Shown here in pieces: positions 25,436 through 39,046 of a DNA stretch of 64,000 nucleotides. Below the pieces are notes generated by a model, which was given only the letters and a program-made list of their open reading frames with translations, was not told the DNA's origin and made no database searches. The number at the start of each line of letters is the position of its first letter. Positions within the stretch are counted from its first letter, which is position 1. Source of the DNA: Macrostomum lignano (lineage: Eukaryota). A program made the position numbers and the translations under genes. The stretch is taken from assembly GCA_002269645.1 (NCBI GenBank), contig NIVC01000771.1, positions 7,159 through 71,158 of the forward strand. The letters are read 5' to 3'.

Positions 25436-26107
25436 AGGCTCGCACCTGAAAACCCGCAGTGCCGAATATCAAAGGCAGCAAATTTTACAGTCAACGAGAA
25501 CGCACAGGCGCAATGCAAAGCAGTGAATGCTTTGAGCTGGGCAGGGTTAGCGCTCAAGCAGTTTGTCTCTGTGTCGCTGTGAGGCAGCCATCAACCCCCC
25601 CCCCCAAAGCATTCGCTGCGAGTCTTCTTTTGTCACGCTTTCGCAGGCTGCTGGCTCGGCTCTCAAACCTCAGCTTCGCCATTGTCCTCTGGGCATTGAG
25701 CTCGGCTGGTCTGGAGCTGCTTGGATTGCTGGGGTCGGGGTGAGTAGAGGCCGCTGTTTTTTGCAGCTTTGATGTGAGCGCAAGTACAGCGCACACAGCC
25801 CCGACCCCAGCCCTCAGCTCACGGCTGGGCGAAGCACGGAGGAAAAAAAGACAGAAGGAGATGCAGAGGCCGCACACAGCAGCCCAGCTGCACACAGCGG
25901 TGCCTCATCAGTTCTGCCCCATTGTCCAAAAGCTTTGCACCAATATCACCAGCTGTGCACCTGCCTCTCCTTGCCGAATGAGCTCAGCATCTCTGCTGCA
26001 TCAGTTTGAACTTCTGCTGCTCATGCTGAGCTCTGACGACAGATGAAGAGCGAATGGAGGCTGGGAGAGGCAGAGAGTGGCCCTGCGAATTTGCTGACGC
26101 AGCTGCT

Positions 26108-26530
26108 GAGAGACTGTTGCAAATTAAGGAAACAGGTGGGAGACTGTTGCTAATTAAGGAAACAGGTGGGAGACTGTTGCTAATTAAGGACACAGGTGGG
26201 AGACTGTTGCTAATTAAGGACACAGGTGGGAGACTGTTGCTAATTAAGGAAACAGGTGGGAGACTGTTGCTAATTAAGGAAACAGGTGGGAGACTGTTGC
26301 TAATTAAGGAAACAGGTGGGAGACTGTTGCTAATTAAGGAAACAGGTGGAGACTGTTGCTAATTAAGGAAACAGGTGGGAGACTGTTGCTAATTAAGGAC
26401 ACAGGTGGGAGACTGTTGCTAATTAAGGAAACAGGTGGGAGACTGTTGCTAATTAAGGAAACAGGTGGGAGACTGTTGCTAATTAAGGAAACAGGTGGGA
26501 GACTGTTGCTAATTAAGGAAACAGGTGGGA
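26108..26530. repeat. 30-bp tandem repeat (gagactgttgctaattaaggaaacaggtgg); paralogue at 49295-49622
   Basis: Direct reading. Confidence 0.95.
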
Positions 26531-28110
26531 CAAGCGGAGCGCAGAGAAACTCGAAATGAGGGCCCAGCAACTGAGCTGAGTGAGAAATTCTCAGAGACTT
26601 GCGGTTGCCAGCCTGCTGCAGGGGAAGGAGATGGGTGAGAGGGAGATGGGTGAGAGGGGGTGGGTGAGAGGGAGATGGGTGAGAGGGGGATGAGTGAGAG
26701 GGGGATGGGTGAAAGGGGGATGGGTGAGAGGGAGATGGGTGAGAGGGGGATGGGTGAGAGGGGGATGGGTGAGAGGGGGATTGGTGAGAGGGAGATGGGT
26801 GAGAGGGGGATGGGTAGAGGGGGATGGATGAGAGGGAGATGGTGAGAGGGGATGGGTGAGAGGGGGATGGGTGAGAGGGGGATGAGAGGGGGAGGGTGAG
26901 AGGGAGATGGTGAGAGGGGGATAGGTGAGAGGGGGATGGGTGAGAGGGGGATGGGTGAGAGGGAGATGGGTGAGAGGGTGTGTGTCAAAGGAGATGGTGA
27001 GAGAAACACAATACGAGCTTAGAGACAGTAAGATGGTTATGGCACATGAGTACAAATCTGAGATTCCAAACCCACGCACAAAATGACAAAGACAAACACA
27101 GGCTGTAAACTTTAAGCAGTAATATCAGTTGAGCTATTTCAGGTCTTAACATGTAGATTAGCGAACAAAAATGTGTCCCAATTAATCAACAGTAAACTGC
27201 ACATACTTTACATACCATCCAATGTTGATCTGACAGAAAAAATGAAACAGCAATACGTAAATTTGAGCAATGCAGTTGAAAAATCGATATATCTATGCAG
27301 AACTTCCGAGTCAGTCAGTTGCACTGGATAAATAATGTAATAATGTTATTACTCTGGCTGTGTGAGCAGTCAGCTATCTGAAGGATGGCTGTGTGAGCAG
27401 TCGAAGAGCTGCCTGAAGGATGGCTACAAGCAGTCAGTCAGCTGTCTGAATGATGGATATAGATACACATGTACAGAATACAGAGAGATGAGAGCTACTT
27501 GTTAATCGGCTCCGATGTCTTCTCAAGTTGGTCTGCTTAACCTTAGCTACTCAATTGCCGTTAACTGTAGTTCTGTAACTTTACTGTTTCTGTAATGAAA
27601 ATCTGGTAATCTAATTATGAGCTAAGGTATTTGAGCTTGCATGCATAAGCTATGAGCCATAGGAAAATGCTCATAGGATTTGAAATGGGATTTTGGCAAG
27701 GTCACCTGGCCGTGTCAACCTGGCCGGGTCACTTGGCCGAGGCTGGACGGCAACGAGAGGACTCAATGTGAGCCTGGAGCGAGGGGACCAAAGTTATGAA
27801 GTAGGCTCCAACGTTGCTGTCGCCAGCCTCTGTCTAAGGCAGATCAGCAGATCAGACCAGGACAACACGACCAGTTCAGCAGGAGAACGGAAGTTCATTG
27901 TGCTGCCCCGCCTAATGGTATGCAAAAGTGAGATTAGGAAAAGTCCAGCCTGCTGAAGTTGGCTTGCACTAAGAGCGTCAGGCTCCAACGAAAACTGCTG
28001 ACATCAGCGCCCAAGATCTGCGACAGCGGTACTGCTGCGACACTGGTGGAGCTGCCGAATGCCGCACGACGGCCGGGTCTGATCTAGCCGTGTTCACATG
28101 GAACTGGCAT

Positions 28111-28476
28111 TTTTTATTAGAGGCAGAGGGGGGGGGGTTGTGTGCACCCTGGCGCACTTTAAGCGACATAGGCACACAACCGGCGAGAGGCATTACTGCC
28201 CATTCCGCCGACTCCCCTGAGGAGGCATACAAGCGCGCGGATACGTTACGCAGGCACACACTCACACAGGAGTGTACAGCGGCCCTAACTTTATATTATC
28301 GTTAGGCATGTACACTTCACTGCGCCTTGGGGGGTTGGCTCTCAGGGCCGTTAATTGCACGAGCAAAGCCAAGCCGAGATTCCAATTCAGCCCCAAATTA
28401 ATGTGACTGCACTTGGAATCGAGCCTGGGTCGCTGGCAAACCAGAGCAGCTGCGCTACCGCTGAGCTACGGCCCCC
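28111..28476 (-). mobile_element. tRNA-derived SINE (~365 bp) with target-site duplication
   Basis: Minus 5' end GGGGGCCGTAGCTCAGCGGTAGCGCAG (A box) followed by GGCTCGATTCC (B box). Short A tail at the other end. TSD (c)atggaactggcat at 28097-28110 and 28476-28489. Confidence 0.88.
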
Positions 28477-31209
28477 ATGGAACTGGCATACAGGCGTTCA
28501 ATGTTTTTCACTCAAGTAGTGGCTATTGCGTAGTTCTCTAACCCTCTTGCTATTGTGCAGTTTCGAATAATGCGACTGAGCACAAATATGAGCGCGGAAA
28601 AGAAGAGAAACTTCAAGTTGCGCCAGAACAATGGAGCCATTGCAGTTATAAGACTTGGTCTGCACATACTGAAAGTAAAAAGAGGTGCGACGATCACCGC
28701 CCATTCCGACCCACGAAAAACCGCCTATACATGCTGGTTCCCTGACTTTCCGGAGTCTGGACAAGCATTTCTTAGAAAACACCAGTTCTTCCAACCAAGA
28801 GGACATGAGCGGCTAAAGACCAGAAGCTGGAGGTCGACATGCGGCAGAGGCTGAGTTGCAGTGAAATGTATCGATTACTGTATTCATTAGTTTAAATAAA
28901 AATTGTAAAATATTGAACTATGTAGACAGATCGGTGCACATGCAGGCGATGTCAATTTCAACCACTGTCTGGTTGCCTCGTCAGACGGAGTCCACGATGA
29001 AAACTCTGGACTGCGATGTCTGTGAGGCAGTCATACAGTGTGACAGAGCGGACTAGACAGCATCACGCAGGGCTAGTAGGGTGCTGGCGTCAACAGAACC
29101 AGATGTTTGAGACGTTGTGGCTCGGCTATAGGAGTCAGCCTTGTCATGTGGCACAGCAAACGACCTGTTGACTTCATCCCAGGTGCTGTCCGCTAAAATG
29201 AAGGCAAAAAGGCCTACCAAATCCAGCCATGTGTGCCGACTGATAGCATTTAAATTTCTCTAGCCAGAAAAATCAGAAAATGAACAAAAATGAGTAAAAT
29301 TGAAAATTGTTTGCTTGCTTGTAGTTGCTTGCCGCATTAATTCAGCGCTAGTGCTCGATAGTCACCCCAGAAGGCGTAGCATGCCAGCTCTTAGGGGAGT
29401 CAAGTATGCTGGGTCAAGCGTAAGACCATCGTTACCCCTTTGAGAGTCCCCCAGCAGGTGCCAGTAGCCCGACACCACGGCTCTGGGGGGCGGAATCCGT
29501 TCGCCCTTGGGAAAAGCCACCTCGAGGTAAGGAGGAGGCAGACAGACGGAACAAGCAGCAGATTTTAAAATGTTTTCTACTGTACCATTGCTCATCTCTG
29601 CAACCAGCCGGAACCGCATGACATACCTCTAGCCATTGCTCAGCCTACTTGATACCTGCTGAATAGGCTTATCTGTTTGCCTCCTCTGAAGAGAGAGTTC
29701 GAGAAATGAAATATGGCTTGAAAACTACAGATTTACCATGACTCTTTGACCCAGCAGAAGTCCAAAAAAGCCATCTTTGAAATCCTATCGCATTGTCTGC
29801 ACAGTGCACAGGTATGCTGATTAGTACAGTGATTTTAGTTGATATCTGTACAGCTCCGTTTAAAACTGACCCATTCTGCCAGAGAGCCTCAGAAGTTGGC
29901 CTTCATGGCTGAGAATCGCCTCAGGCCAATCGCACAGAATTGAACCAACAGCACATGTATAAATGTTTCAGGAGGCAGCTGCTCCGCCCCTCAATTGCAG
30001 TCTTGGGCTTCATCAGTTGTTTATCATTAAAGTACAGCCGAGCTCTGGCACCCCATCTCAATTCTGTCCAGCTCTCGGCCGCAGCAACTCACTGCATTTT
30101 GCATTCCTGCCACCTGCAGCCAGCAGCAACAGACAGGCTTTGAGCCGCACTGAATGGCCTGAGAGCCATCAAATTCTGGGATGCGAGCATGGCAACAAAT
30201 GCCTTATTTATGACAAAACGCAGTCTTGAGCCGTAGGGAGCGGGTGGTTAGAGAGGCCAGCTCAACCTCAAGCAGTAGTTATCTCTGCTCGCTCGATATT
30301 CTCAGGCCAGCTCAACCTCAAGCAGTAACAGTGCTCGGTGTGTGTTGAGCAGTGAGCTGGGTGGAGCTGCATTGTAGCTAGACTTGTTTGTCTCAGGGGT
30401 TGCGGGGGTTGGGTGGTTCGAGAGGCCAGTATGGGGTGATTGCGAACTCGAGCAGTTTTCTCTTTGCCGGCTGTTTATCACACCAGACTGTCGCACTGCG
30501 AGTGCTGAGCTGGGTGGGGCCGTTCCAGATGAAGGTTAGAGATTTAATTAGCGATGAATCTGCAGAGATGAGCAGCGCAAACCTGAGCTGTCTGAGGCTG
30601 CAGTGGCGGCTGCTCCCGAATGAGTTGCAGCCCCAGCCTTGCACAATGGAGACTCTGCATTGTGCTTGAGCACCCTGCCTGCCCCCTCACTTCACCTTCG
30701 CTTCTGTGCTCAGAGATGACGGGCGGAGGCTGGGGCTGGCGGTCAGCTGCACTTTTTTGATAGAAAACAAGCCTTTTATTTGGGGTCTGAGCTGGGATCT
30801 GATGGAGAATAGAGAAGCTGAGCTGGGATCTGATGGAGAATAGAGAAGCTGAGCTGGAATCTGATGGAGAATAGAGAAGCTGAGCTGGGATCTAATGCAG
30901 AGTAGAGAAGCTGAGCTGGGATCTGATGCAGAATAGAGAAGCTGAGCGGGGATCTGATGGAGAGAGAAGCTGAGCTGGGATCTGATGGAGAAGAGAAGCT
31001 GAGCTGTGGAGTTGACAATCTCAGCAGTGAAATTCGGAAGTGCCGGTCACCGAGTGCAAAATGCATTAAAAAAGGCAGGCAGCCGCAGTGCACAGATAAA
31101 CTGTGTAGAATCCAAAATCAGCCTGTATGTGAGTCCCGCACTGTCCTGGTCAGGCACCGAGCTGATGGCGAATGAAGTCTGAGCTAGAAAATGTTCTAAA
31201 ATAGAGATG

Positions 31210-32205
31210 ACTGAGAGGCGGATAGGTGAGAGGGGGATGGTTGAGAGGGGGATGGGTGAGAGGGGGATGAGTGAGAGGGAGATGGTTGAGAGGGAGATGG
31301 GTGAGAGAGATGGTTGAGAGGGAGATGGTTGAGAGGGAAATGGGTGAGAGGGAGATGGTTGAGAGGGAGATGGGTGAGAGGGAGATGGGTGAGAGAGATA
31401 TGAGTGAGAGGGAGATGGGTGAGAGAGAGATGGGTGAGAGAGAGATGGTTAAGAGGGAGATGGGTGAGAGGGATATGAGTGAGAGGAAGATGGGTGAGAG
31501 GGAGATGGGTGAGAGGGATATAAGTGAGAGGGAGATAGGTGAGAGGGAGATGGGTGAGAGGAAGATGGGTGAGAGTGAGATGGGTGAGATGGAGATGGTT
31601 GAGAGGGAGATGGGTGAGAGGAAGATGGGTGAGAGGGAGATGGGTGAGAGGAAGATGGGTGAGAGGGAGATGGGTGAGAGGGATATGAGTGAGAGGAAGA
31701 TGGGTGAGAGGGAGATGGGTGAGATGGAGATGGGTGAGACGGAGATGGGTGAGAGGAAGATGGGTGAGAGGGAGATGGGTGAGAGGAAGATGGGTGAGAG
31801 GGAGATGGGTGAGAGGGAGATGGGTGAGAGGAAGATGGGTGAGAGGGAGATGGGTGAGATGGAGATGGGTGAGAGGGGGTATGGGTAAGAGAGATATGAG
31901 TGAGAGGGAGATGGTTGAGAGGGATATGAGTGAGAGGGAGATGTGTGAGAGGGAGATGGGTGAGAGGGAGATGGGTGAGAGGGAGATGGGTGAGAGGGAG
32001 ATGGGTGAGAGAGATATGAGTGAGAGAGAGATGTGTGAGAGGGAGATGGGTAAGAGGGAGATGGGTGAGAGGGAGATGGGTGAGAGGAAGATGTTTGAGA
32101 GGGAGATGGGTGAGAGGTAGATGGGTGAGAGGGAGATGGGTGAGAGGAAGATGGGTGAGAGGGAGATGGGTGAGATGGAGATGGTTGAGAGGGGGTATGG
32201 GTGAG
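31210..32205. repeat. 15-bp minisatellite (gggagatgggtgaga); related arrays at 26625-27005, 46655-47112 and 49725-50400
   Basis: Direct reading. All ORFs over these arrays are artefacts. Confidence 0.95.
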
Positions 32206-32582
32206 AGACACAAAATAGAGACAGAAAGATGGTTATGGAACAGGAGCAATGGCTGTGTGCATGAGATGCGGGTATGGGTTATGGCACATGAGTATAAAGC
32301 TATTTGAAGGATGGCTGTGTGAGTCAGGACCAACCACGCGTGTTCTGTGACGCACTGTTTCTAATGTTCAATAGGTTGTTGCTTTTGGCCTTCTTGGAGA
32401 CAAAATATAAACAAAGTGGAACACCTGGTCAGTGAGCGAGCATTTGCTACAAAATGCAAAAACTACTTGACAAGCCAGTTTTTTTAATAAGCTACTGGCA
32501 GAACAATGAAAGCGACGGAGAGGCGGACTCGAATGTGCAATAAAATAGAATTTTTACAGATTTGCAACAAAACACAAGCTGA

Positions 32583-32699
<117 letters not shown>

Positions 32700-34361
32700 G
32701 AGAGAGAGAGATGCAGAGAGAAGTGCACCGAAGAGACGCTGGAAAATTCCAGAACTGAGCGCCCACCCCCGATAGCCGAAGGCACGAATCAAGGCAGTGC
32801 AAGAGGTCTGTGACTCACTTTTGAGTAAAATAATCTGGCATAGCGAATCTTCAGGTGCAAACAAATTTCCGGAAAAATTCCATACAGCTCTTCTCTTTTA
32901 CTTTAGGACAAGTGATATTCTTATGAGTACTATGAGTAGCTTATTGTAAGCGATATTGTTTGCGGAGATTTGAAAGTATTTTTGGACTGGCAGACTATAT
33001 CCGCGAGGGCCAAGAAGCGATGCATAAAGATCGATGGCAGCTGCTGTACCAGGTTTTCTTCACGCTTTTGGAGGTGTTGTGGGTGTCCGATCAGTATCGA
33101 TATTGGCCCCTTCCATTAGCCGGCGGTCAACCCTGCTGTACCCACCCTACATCCCAGCCTGTCTTTCTCAGGTGGCTGATAAACAGAGCTTGTACATGCA
33201 GGTGAGAGACACACCGCTTTCGAGTGGCCCAGACTGCCCAAGAGCTGAGAGGTCAGTGAGCAGTTCTTTGTGGAGATGCTGAGAGACTCGAGGCTGCGAG
33301 CGCCCACCCCAAGTTTGAGGCAGTCCGAAGCGGGCAGCTGAGACGATGAGGTGCAAAGGAGTTGCCAAGAAAGTCAGAATTTCATAAGAGCAGGCGGTCA
33401 GTACCGAGGCACAATGAGCTGCACAGAACCTCTGCAGTGAGGAGGCTGGCAGCTCTAAATGATAGGGTGATGAGGTGGGGCTGAGCTCGCATCCTCTAAC
33501 AGCAGGCATTTGAATGTCAAATTTGAAGGCTTCTGTGCACTGGCTTCAGAGGTGCACTTTTGAACAAAAGACAAAATAGGCTCGACGGCTTCAGCCAATA
33601 ACAGATGTCATTCACCTGCCACATTCCGCCTACATGACAGAGACAAAGAGCCCAATAATGACTGTGAGGCTCGCACCTGAAAACCCGCAGTGCCGAATAT
33701 CCAAGGCAGCGAATTTTACAGTCAACGAGAACGCACAGGCGCAATGCAAAGCAGTGAATGCTTTAAGCTGGGCAGGGTTGGCGCTCAAGCAGTTTGTCTC
33801 TGTGTCGCTGTGAGGCAGCCATCAACCCCCCCCCCCCAAAGCATTCGCTGCGAGTCTTCTTTTGTCACGCGTTCGCAGGCTGCTGGCTCGGCCCTCAAGC
33901 CTCAGCTTCGCCATTGTCCTCTGGGCATTGAGCTCGGCTGGTCTGGAGCTGCTTGGACAGCTGGGGTCGGGGCGAGTAGAGGCTTTGTTTTTCCGCTCCG
34001 GTGTGAGCGCAAGTACAGCGCACAGCCCCAACCCCAGCCCTCAACTCATGGCTGGACGCCGCACAGATGAAGGAGAGACAGAAGGAGATGCAGAGGCCGC
34101 ACAGAGGAAGGAGAGATAGGAGGAGATGCAGAGGCCGCACACAGCAGCCCAGCTGCACACAGCGGTGCCTCATCAACTCTGCCCCATTGTCCAAAAGCCC
34201 TGCACAAATTTCACCAGCTGTGCACCTGATTGTTTCTTGATATTTCTTGATTGCTCAATGTTATGTCCTAGAATATGTACTCTGGAGTATCACTAGCAAT
34301 AAGCTTTCTTCGGGGCGCAAAAAAACACATTTTGTTAAGAAACAATTCAAGAATCGCATGG

Positions 34362-35790
34362 GAGATAGCAAGCATCCCCCAGATAGCAAGCATCCCCCAA
34401 ATAGCAAGCATCCCCCAGAGAGCAAGCATCCCCCAGAGAGCAAGCATCCCCCAGAGAGCAAGCATCCCCCAGAGAGCAAGCATCCCCCAGATAGCAAGCA
34501 TCCACCAGATAGCAAGCATCCCCCAGATAGCAAGCATCCCCCAGATAGCAAGCATCCCCCAGAGAGCAAGCATCCCCCAGAGAGCAAGCATCCCCAGATA
34601 GCAAGCATCCCCCAGATAGCAAGCATCCCCCAGATAGCAAGCATCCACCAGATAGCAAGCATCCACCAGATAGCAAGCATCCCCCAGATAGCAAGCATCC
34701 CCCAGATAGCAAGCATCCCCCAGAGAGCAAGCATCCACCAGATAGCAAGCACCCCCCAGATAGCAAGCATCCCCCAGAGAGCAAGCATCCCCCAGATAGC
34801 AAGCATCCCCCAGATAGCAAGCATCCCCCAGATAGCAAGCATCCCCCAGATAGCAAGCATCCCCCAGATAGCAAGCATCCCCCAGATAGCAAGCACCCCC
34901 CAGATAGCAAGCATCCCCCAGAGAGCAAGCATCCCCCAGATAGCAAGCATCCCCCAGATAGCAAGCATCCCCCAGAGAGGAAGCATCCCCCAGATAGCAA
35001 GCATCCCCCAGAGAGCAAGCATCCCCCAGATAGCAAGCATCCACCAGATAGCAAGCATCCCCCAGATAGCAAGCATCCCCCCAGATAGCAAGCATCCCCC
35101 CAGATAGCAAGCATCCCCCAGATAGCAAGCATCCCCCAGATAGCAAGCATCCCCCAGATAGCAAGCATCCCCCAGATAGCAAGCATCCCCCAGATAGCAA
35201 GCATCCACCAGATAGCAAGCACCCCCCAGATAGCAAGCATCCCCCAGATAGCAAGCATCCCCCAGATAGCAAGCATCCCCCAGATAGCAAGCATCCCCCA
35301 GATAGCAAGCATCCCCCAGATAGCAAGCATCCACCAGATAGCAAGCACCCCCCAGATAGCAAGCATCCCCCAGAGAGCAAGCATCCACCAGATAGCAAGC
35401 ATCCCCCAGAGAGCAAGCATCCCCCAGATAGCAAGCATCCCCCAGATAGCAAGCATCCACCAGATAGCAAGCATCCACCAGATAGCAAGCACCCCTCAGA
35501 TAGCAAGCATCCCCCAGAGAGCAAGCATCCACCAGATAGCAAGCATCCCCCAGAGAGCAAGCATCCCCCAGATAGCAAGCATCCCCCAGATAGCAAGCAT
35601 CCACCAGATAGCAAGCACCCCCAGATAGCAAGCATCCCCCAGATAGCAAGCATCCCCCAGATAGCAAGCATCCCCCAGATAGCAAGCATCCCCCAGATAG
35701 CAAGCATCCCCCAGATAGCAAGCATCCCCCAGATAGCAAGCATCCCCCAGAGAGCAAGCATCCACCAGATAGCAAGCATCCCCCAGAGAG
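34362..35790. repeat. 18-bp tandem satellite (cagatagcaagcatcccc)
   Basis: Direct reading. The 6-aa periodic ORFs are artefacts. Confidence 0.97.
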
Positions 35791-36268
35791 CAAGCGTATC
35801 CCTCATATTTTCCCTGAGAATTTTTCTGTACTTTTTCATAGTTTTTTGTGCAAGCTACTGTATTCCAGAAGCCTAGGACTAGGAGCAAAGGTAAGACTGT
35901 TTATCAGCAACAAACTGTAAAAACCCGCAGATTTTAAAGCCCGCTGATTTCTAATTCCCGAAACTATTTGTAAGCATACATTCTTAAATCTGAAGTGACA
36001 CTCACAAAAACTTGTTAATAGCAGGGGTAGAATTAAACGAAAATTAGAGTACCGATTACAACGAAGGTAGGGTTTTATGATGATTCCCGCAACATAGAAA
36101 TTCTTGTATTAAGAAAATTTTATACTACAGTTGTTAGTGGTTTCCAGAATAAAACGCTTGAAAAACCCTGTGATTCCTTTTTGCATCACGTGAAAGTTTT
36201 TATTTAAAGTACTAGCAAGCAAAAAAATGCCTTGTTGGTTAGCAATCATTTTTACAACTATGTTTCAG

Positions 36269-37684
36269 CTGCGTGTCTATCCGTCTAAGTGGCTACCCGA
36301 CCTAATTACTAACCGAAGAGGCCAGCTTCAATGGCCAGCATCTCCCAAAATCGAGTCTCCAAGCTCCAAAGCAACTCAAACAACAAAAGCGCTGCAGTCA
36401 ACAGCTAATTTGATTCGTCTGGATCCAGCAGTTTGCAATGGAGCCAGCCATTGCGAGTTTTTACTTCACCGAGGCTCCCCGCTCTCCTTGTCCAGACAGC
36501 TGGCATTCCGAATCGCCTCTAAAGTTAAGGAGGCTTTCGTTGCCAGCACAGCCACTGTTTACGGACAGAAAAATCAGTTCCATCTCGCTCTGCCTGGTGG
36601 CCAGTCGGCCCAAATGCTGATGCAGTTTCTGGCAGCATTGTCAAGGGATGACGACACTTTAGCCAACGCTTTTGCTACCACTTTGCATATTTGGGTTACA
36701 GATGAGCGATGTGTTCATGATGGTGAGTGAATCCATTGTTTTGCATCACCTAATATTCTGATAGAGAAAGCTTTACTTAAACATTATGCATTCATTACTG
36801 AAACCAAACTCGGGTATGACTAAAAATAGCTAGTTTTCTTCTAGTTCATAGTCGCGCACTTTTAGTACTGTCCATGCATGTGTGGTAGCTCGTAATAAGC
36901 TTTTTCTTCTTTAATGGTTAACTTTTTTAAGTCTTAAGTCTAAGTGAAAGTTCTTGGTAAAAAAACTAGAAGTATGCAGCGTTCAAGTGCGTTACTTACT
37001 TGCGTATTTCAATGTATTGCGCTATTGATTATAAAAACAGTTTTTGATTTTGCATTGTCAGATCCCGGATCCGTCGCTCAAAACGAATCGCAACTCAACT
37101 CAGCCGTGATTGATCGAAACTTTCTGCAACAACTTCCTTCAGCTGCCCGATTGCCACTCAATCATCTTCACTTTCCACGGCTGCTCACTGCGGATGTCGC
37201 TGGCTGCAAAGCTGCTGCAGATGCTTATGCAAGTGAAGTGGATCACTGGCTCAACTTCAGGAGTAATATTAGCGCCCTGCCACCTAGCTTTGACTTCGTT
37301 GTCCTTGGAGTTGGAACTGATGGGCATGCAGCATCGCTATTCTCACCGCATGATTTGGATAAATGGAACCACAGCATGCCCATCAGCTCTGCTAAAGACC
37401 AGCTATCGCAAGGATGTGAGCAATCAGCTCGCGTCACAAATTCACCGAAGGCGCCTTTCTTACGCATCAGTCTTTCCTCCTGTAGACTTGCGAGTTCTAG
37501 CGAAGTTGCTTTTATTTTAGTCAGCAAAGCTAAACAAGCTGCTATCGACCTGATTGCAAAGCCCAGAGAAACTGAATTGAAAACTCCAATTTACTTTCAC
37601 CTGTTGCGTCTTGTTGGAAAGAAACGTGGCAGATTATGGGTTGACCATTCTTTGGATCTTAACAATATTGTTTTAGAAATATAG
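36269..37684 (+). CDS. H6PD: H6PD 3' exons (linker plus 6-phosphogluconolactonase domain)
   Basis: Exon 36269-36722 (LRVYP...NQFHLALPGG...IWVTDERCVHD) splices in phase 1 to exon 37062-37684 (FDFVVLGVGTDGHAASLFS...RISLS...stop). The linker upstream of FHLALxGG matches the bifunctional H6PD layout. Upstream exons were not found nearby. Confidence 0.85.
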
Positions 37685-37879
37685 TGATTTTTTTTTCTAT
37701 TTTCCTCTGTGTGAAACCATTACTGTGTCTTTTATCTGAAATGTAACAACCAAGTCTATAACCACTTGATTATCAACAGAGGAGTTCAGTTAATCCTGAT
37801 TTGAGTTAGACTAGAAAACCCTTAAGTAAATTAGACACGTCATAAATACTCGTAAATTCAAATAATAATAATAATAATA

Positions 37880-38760
37880 TCACGCCCGTGCCGACCACAC
37901 AAGTGGCCAAAAGGGTGGGCGCATCAAATCGCGCTTCTGGGCAATTGGATTCCGCCCGCCAAGCGCAGACTTGGACGCCACTCCGTACCCAGGAGACGCG
38001 GTGGCAGCGGCCGCTAGCCGCAGGCGCTTGGGCGTTGGCTCGCTCACGATGACGCTCCGCGCCAAGCTGCTGAACTTCAGCGCGTTGAAGGTCTCGTCGA
38101 ACGGCGCCGGGCACTGGGAGATGTTGAAAATCATCGCCGCCTGCCCGCTGCCGGTGAAGTAGGGCTGCAGCAGGCGGGTGAGCTTCGAGTCCCGGAACGG
38201 CACCAGCATGGAGGCTCGGGGATTTCGCTGATTTCTCTGCAGAGTCTCAACGCAGCGGCTCAGGGTCAGCAGGCTGGAGTTGATGCTGCCGGCCTCTCGG
38301 GTGCGCTCGCCTGCCGTGCCGGCGTGGCGCTGCCGCTCCGAGCCGGCGAGGTCTCAGAAGGTCAGGCTGGACACCTGCGGGACGGCGGGGCACTGGGAGA
38401 TGGGATGTGGGATCTGGGGGATGGTATGTTGGAGATGGGAAATGAGATTTGGGGAGACGGGAGTACGATCTGGGTGATAGGAGATGGGATGGAGATCGGA
38501 TTTGGGAGATTGGATCTCGGAGATGGGATCAGGGAGGTGGGAGATGGGAGAAGGCTATTATTAGTTTTTGGCATTTCACCTGCATCAATTTCGCAAGAAA
38601 ATTTGCAGTCGCACACTGGCTGTTTTAAGTATCCACACACTGCAGTTCTGCTGTTATCTCGGAGCCAATAGCTAAAAGAACTGCAATTAGGGTAAGCAGG
38701 CAGGTGAGAAGAGCCTTGGTTTTCTCTGAGGCGTGTCAATGAGCAAACCAGCTTTTGTAC
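37880..38760 (-). pseudogene. Kinesin-6 (KIF20-like) fragment, copy B
   Basis: Near-identical to copy A, including the in-frame TGA (38354-38356) in LTF*DLAGSE. Diverges from copy A after ~37965. Confidence 0.88.
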
Positions 38761-39046
38761 CCCCGGGAGGGGTGGTTTTGCGCCTTTGTGCGTGCGCGGG
38801 GTTGGCGTGGGGGCTGTGCATTGTGTCGTTTTCTACCCTCCCTGTGCAGCGGCCCTCCCCCCGCCTGCTGAGAGATTTTATGCCCGGTTTCAAATTTTGC
38901 GGCTGTTGCTTCGCCTCTGTGTTCCTCTATGTGCTCGTGGTGTTCCTTTCGGACTGGGATAAAATCTGCTGCAGAGGCGGCCGCCGCCCTGCCGGACTCT
39001 CGGGCAGAGCTGACACACCTGCGACTGACGGACTGAGCTAGCAGTT

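Noticed and set aside
26108-26530. CRISPR-like regular repeats (also the 54-bp and 31-bp arrays)
   Set aside because: Head-to-tail units with no unique spacers and no cas genes, in a eukaryotic context.
28390-28476. Functional tRNA gene
   Set aside because: No convincing acceptor or anticodon stem. It is the head of a TSD-flanked SINE.
27690-29620. Possible non-LTR retrotransposon remnants around the SINE
   Set aside because: I could not recover diagnostic RT or endonuclease motifs in any frame by eye.
34247-35888. ORFs up to 523 aa
   Set aside because: Translations of the 18-bp satellite with 6-aa periodicity in several frames.
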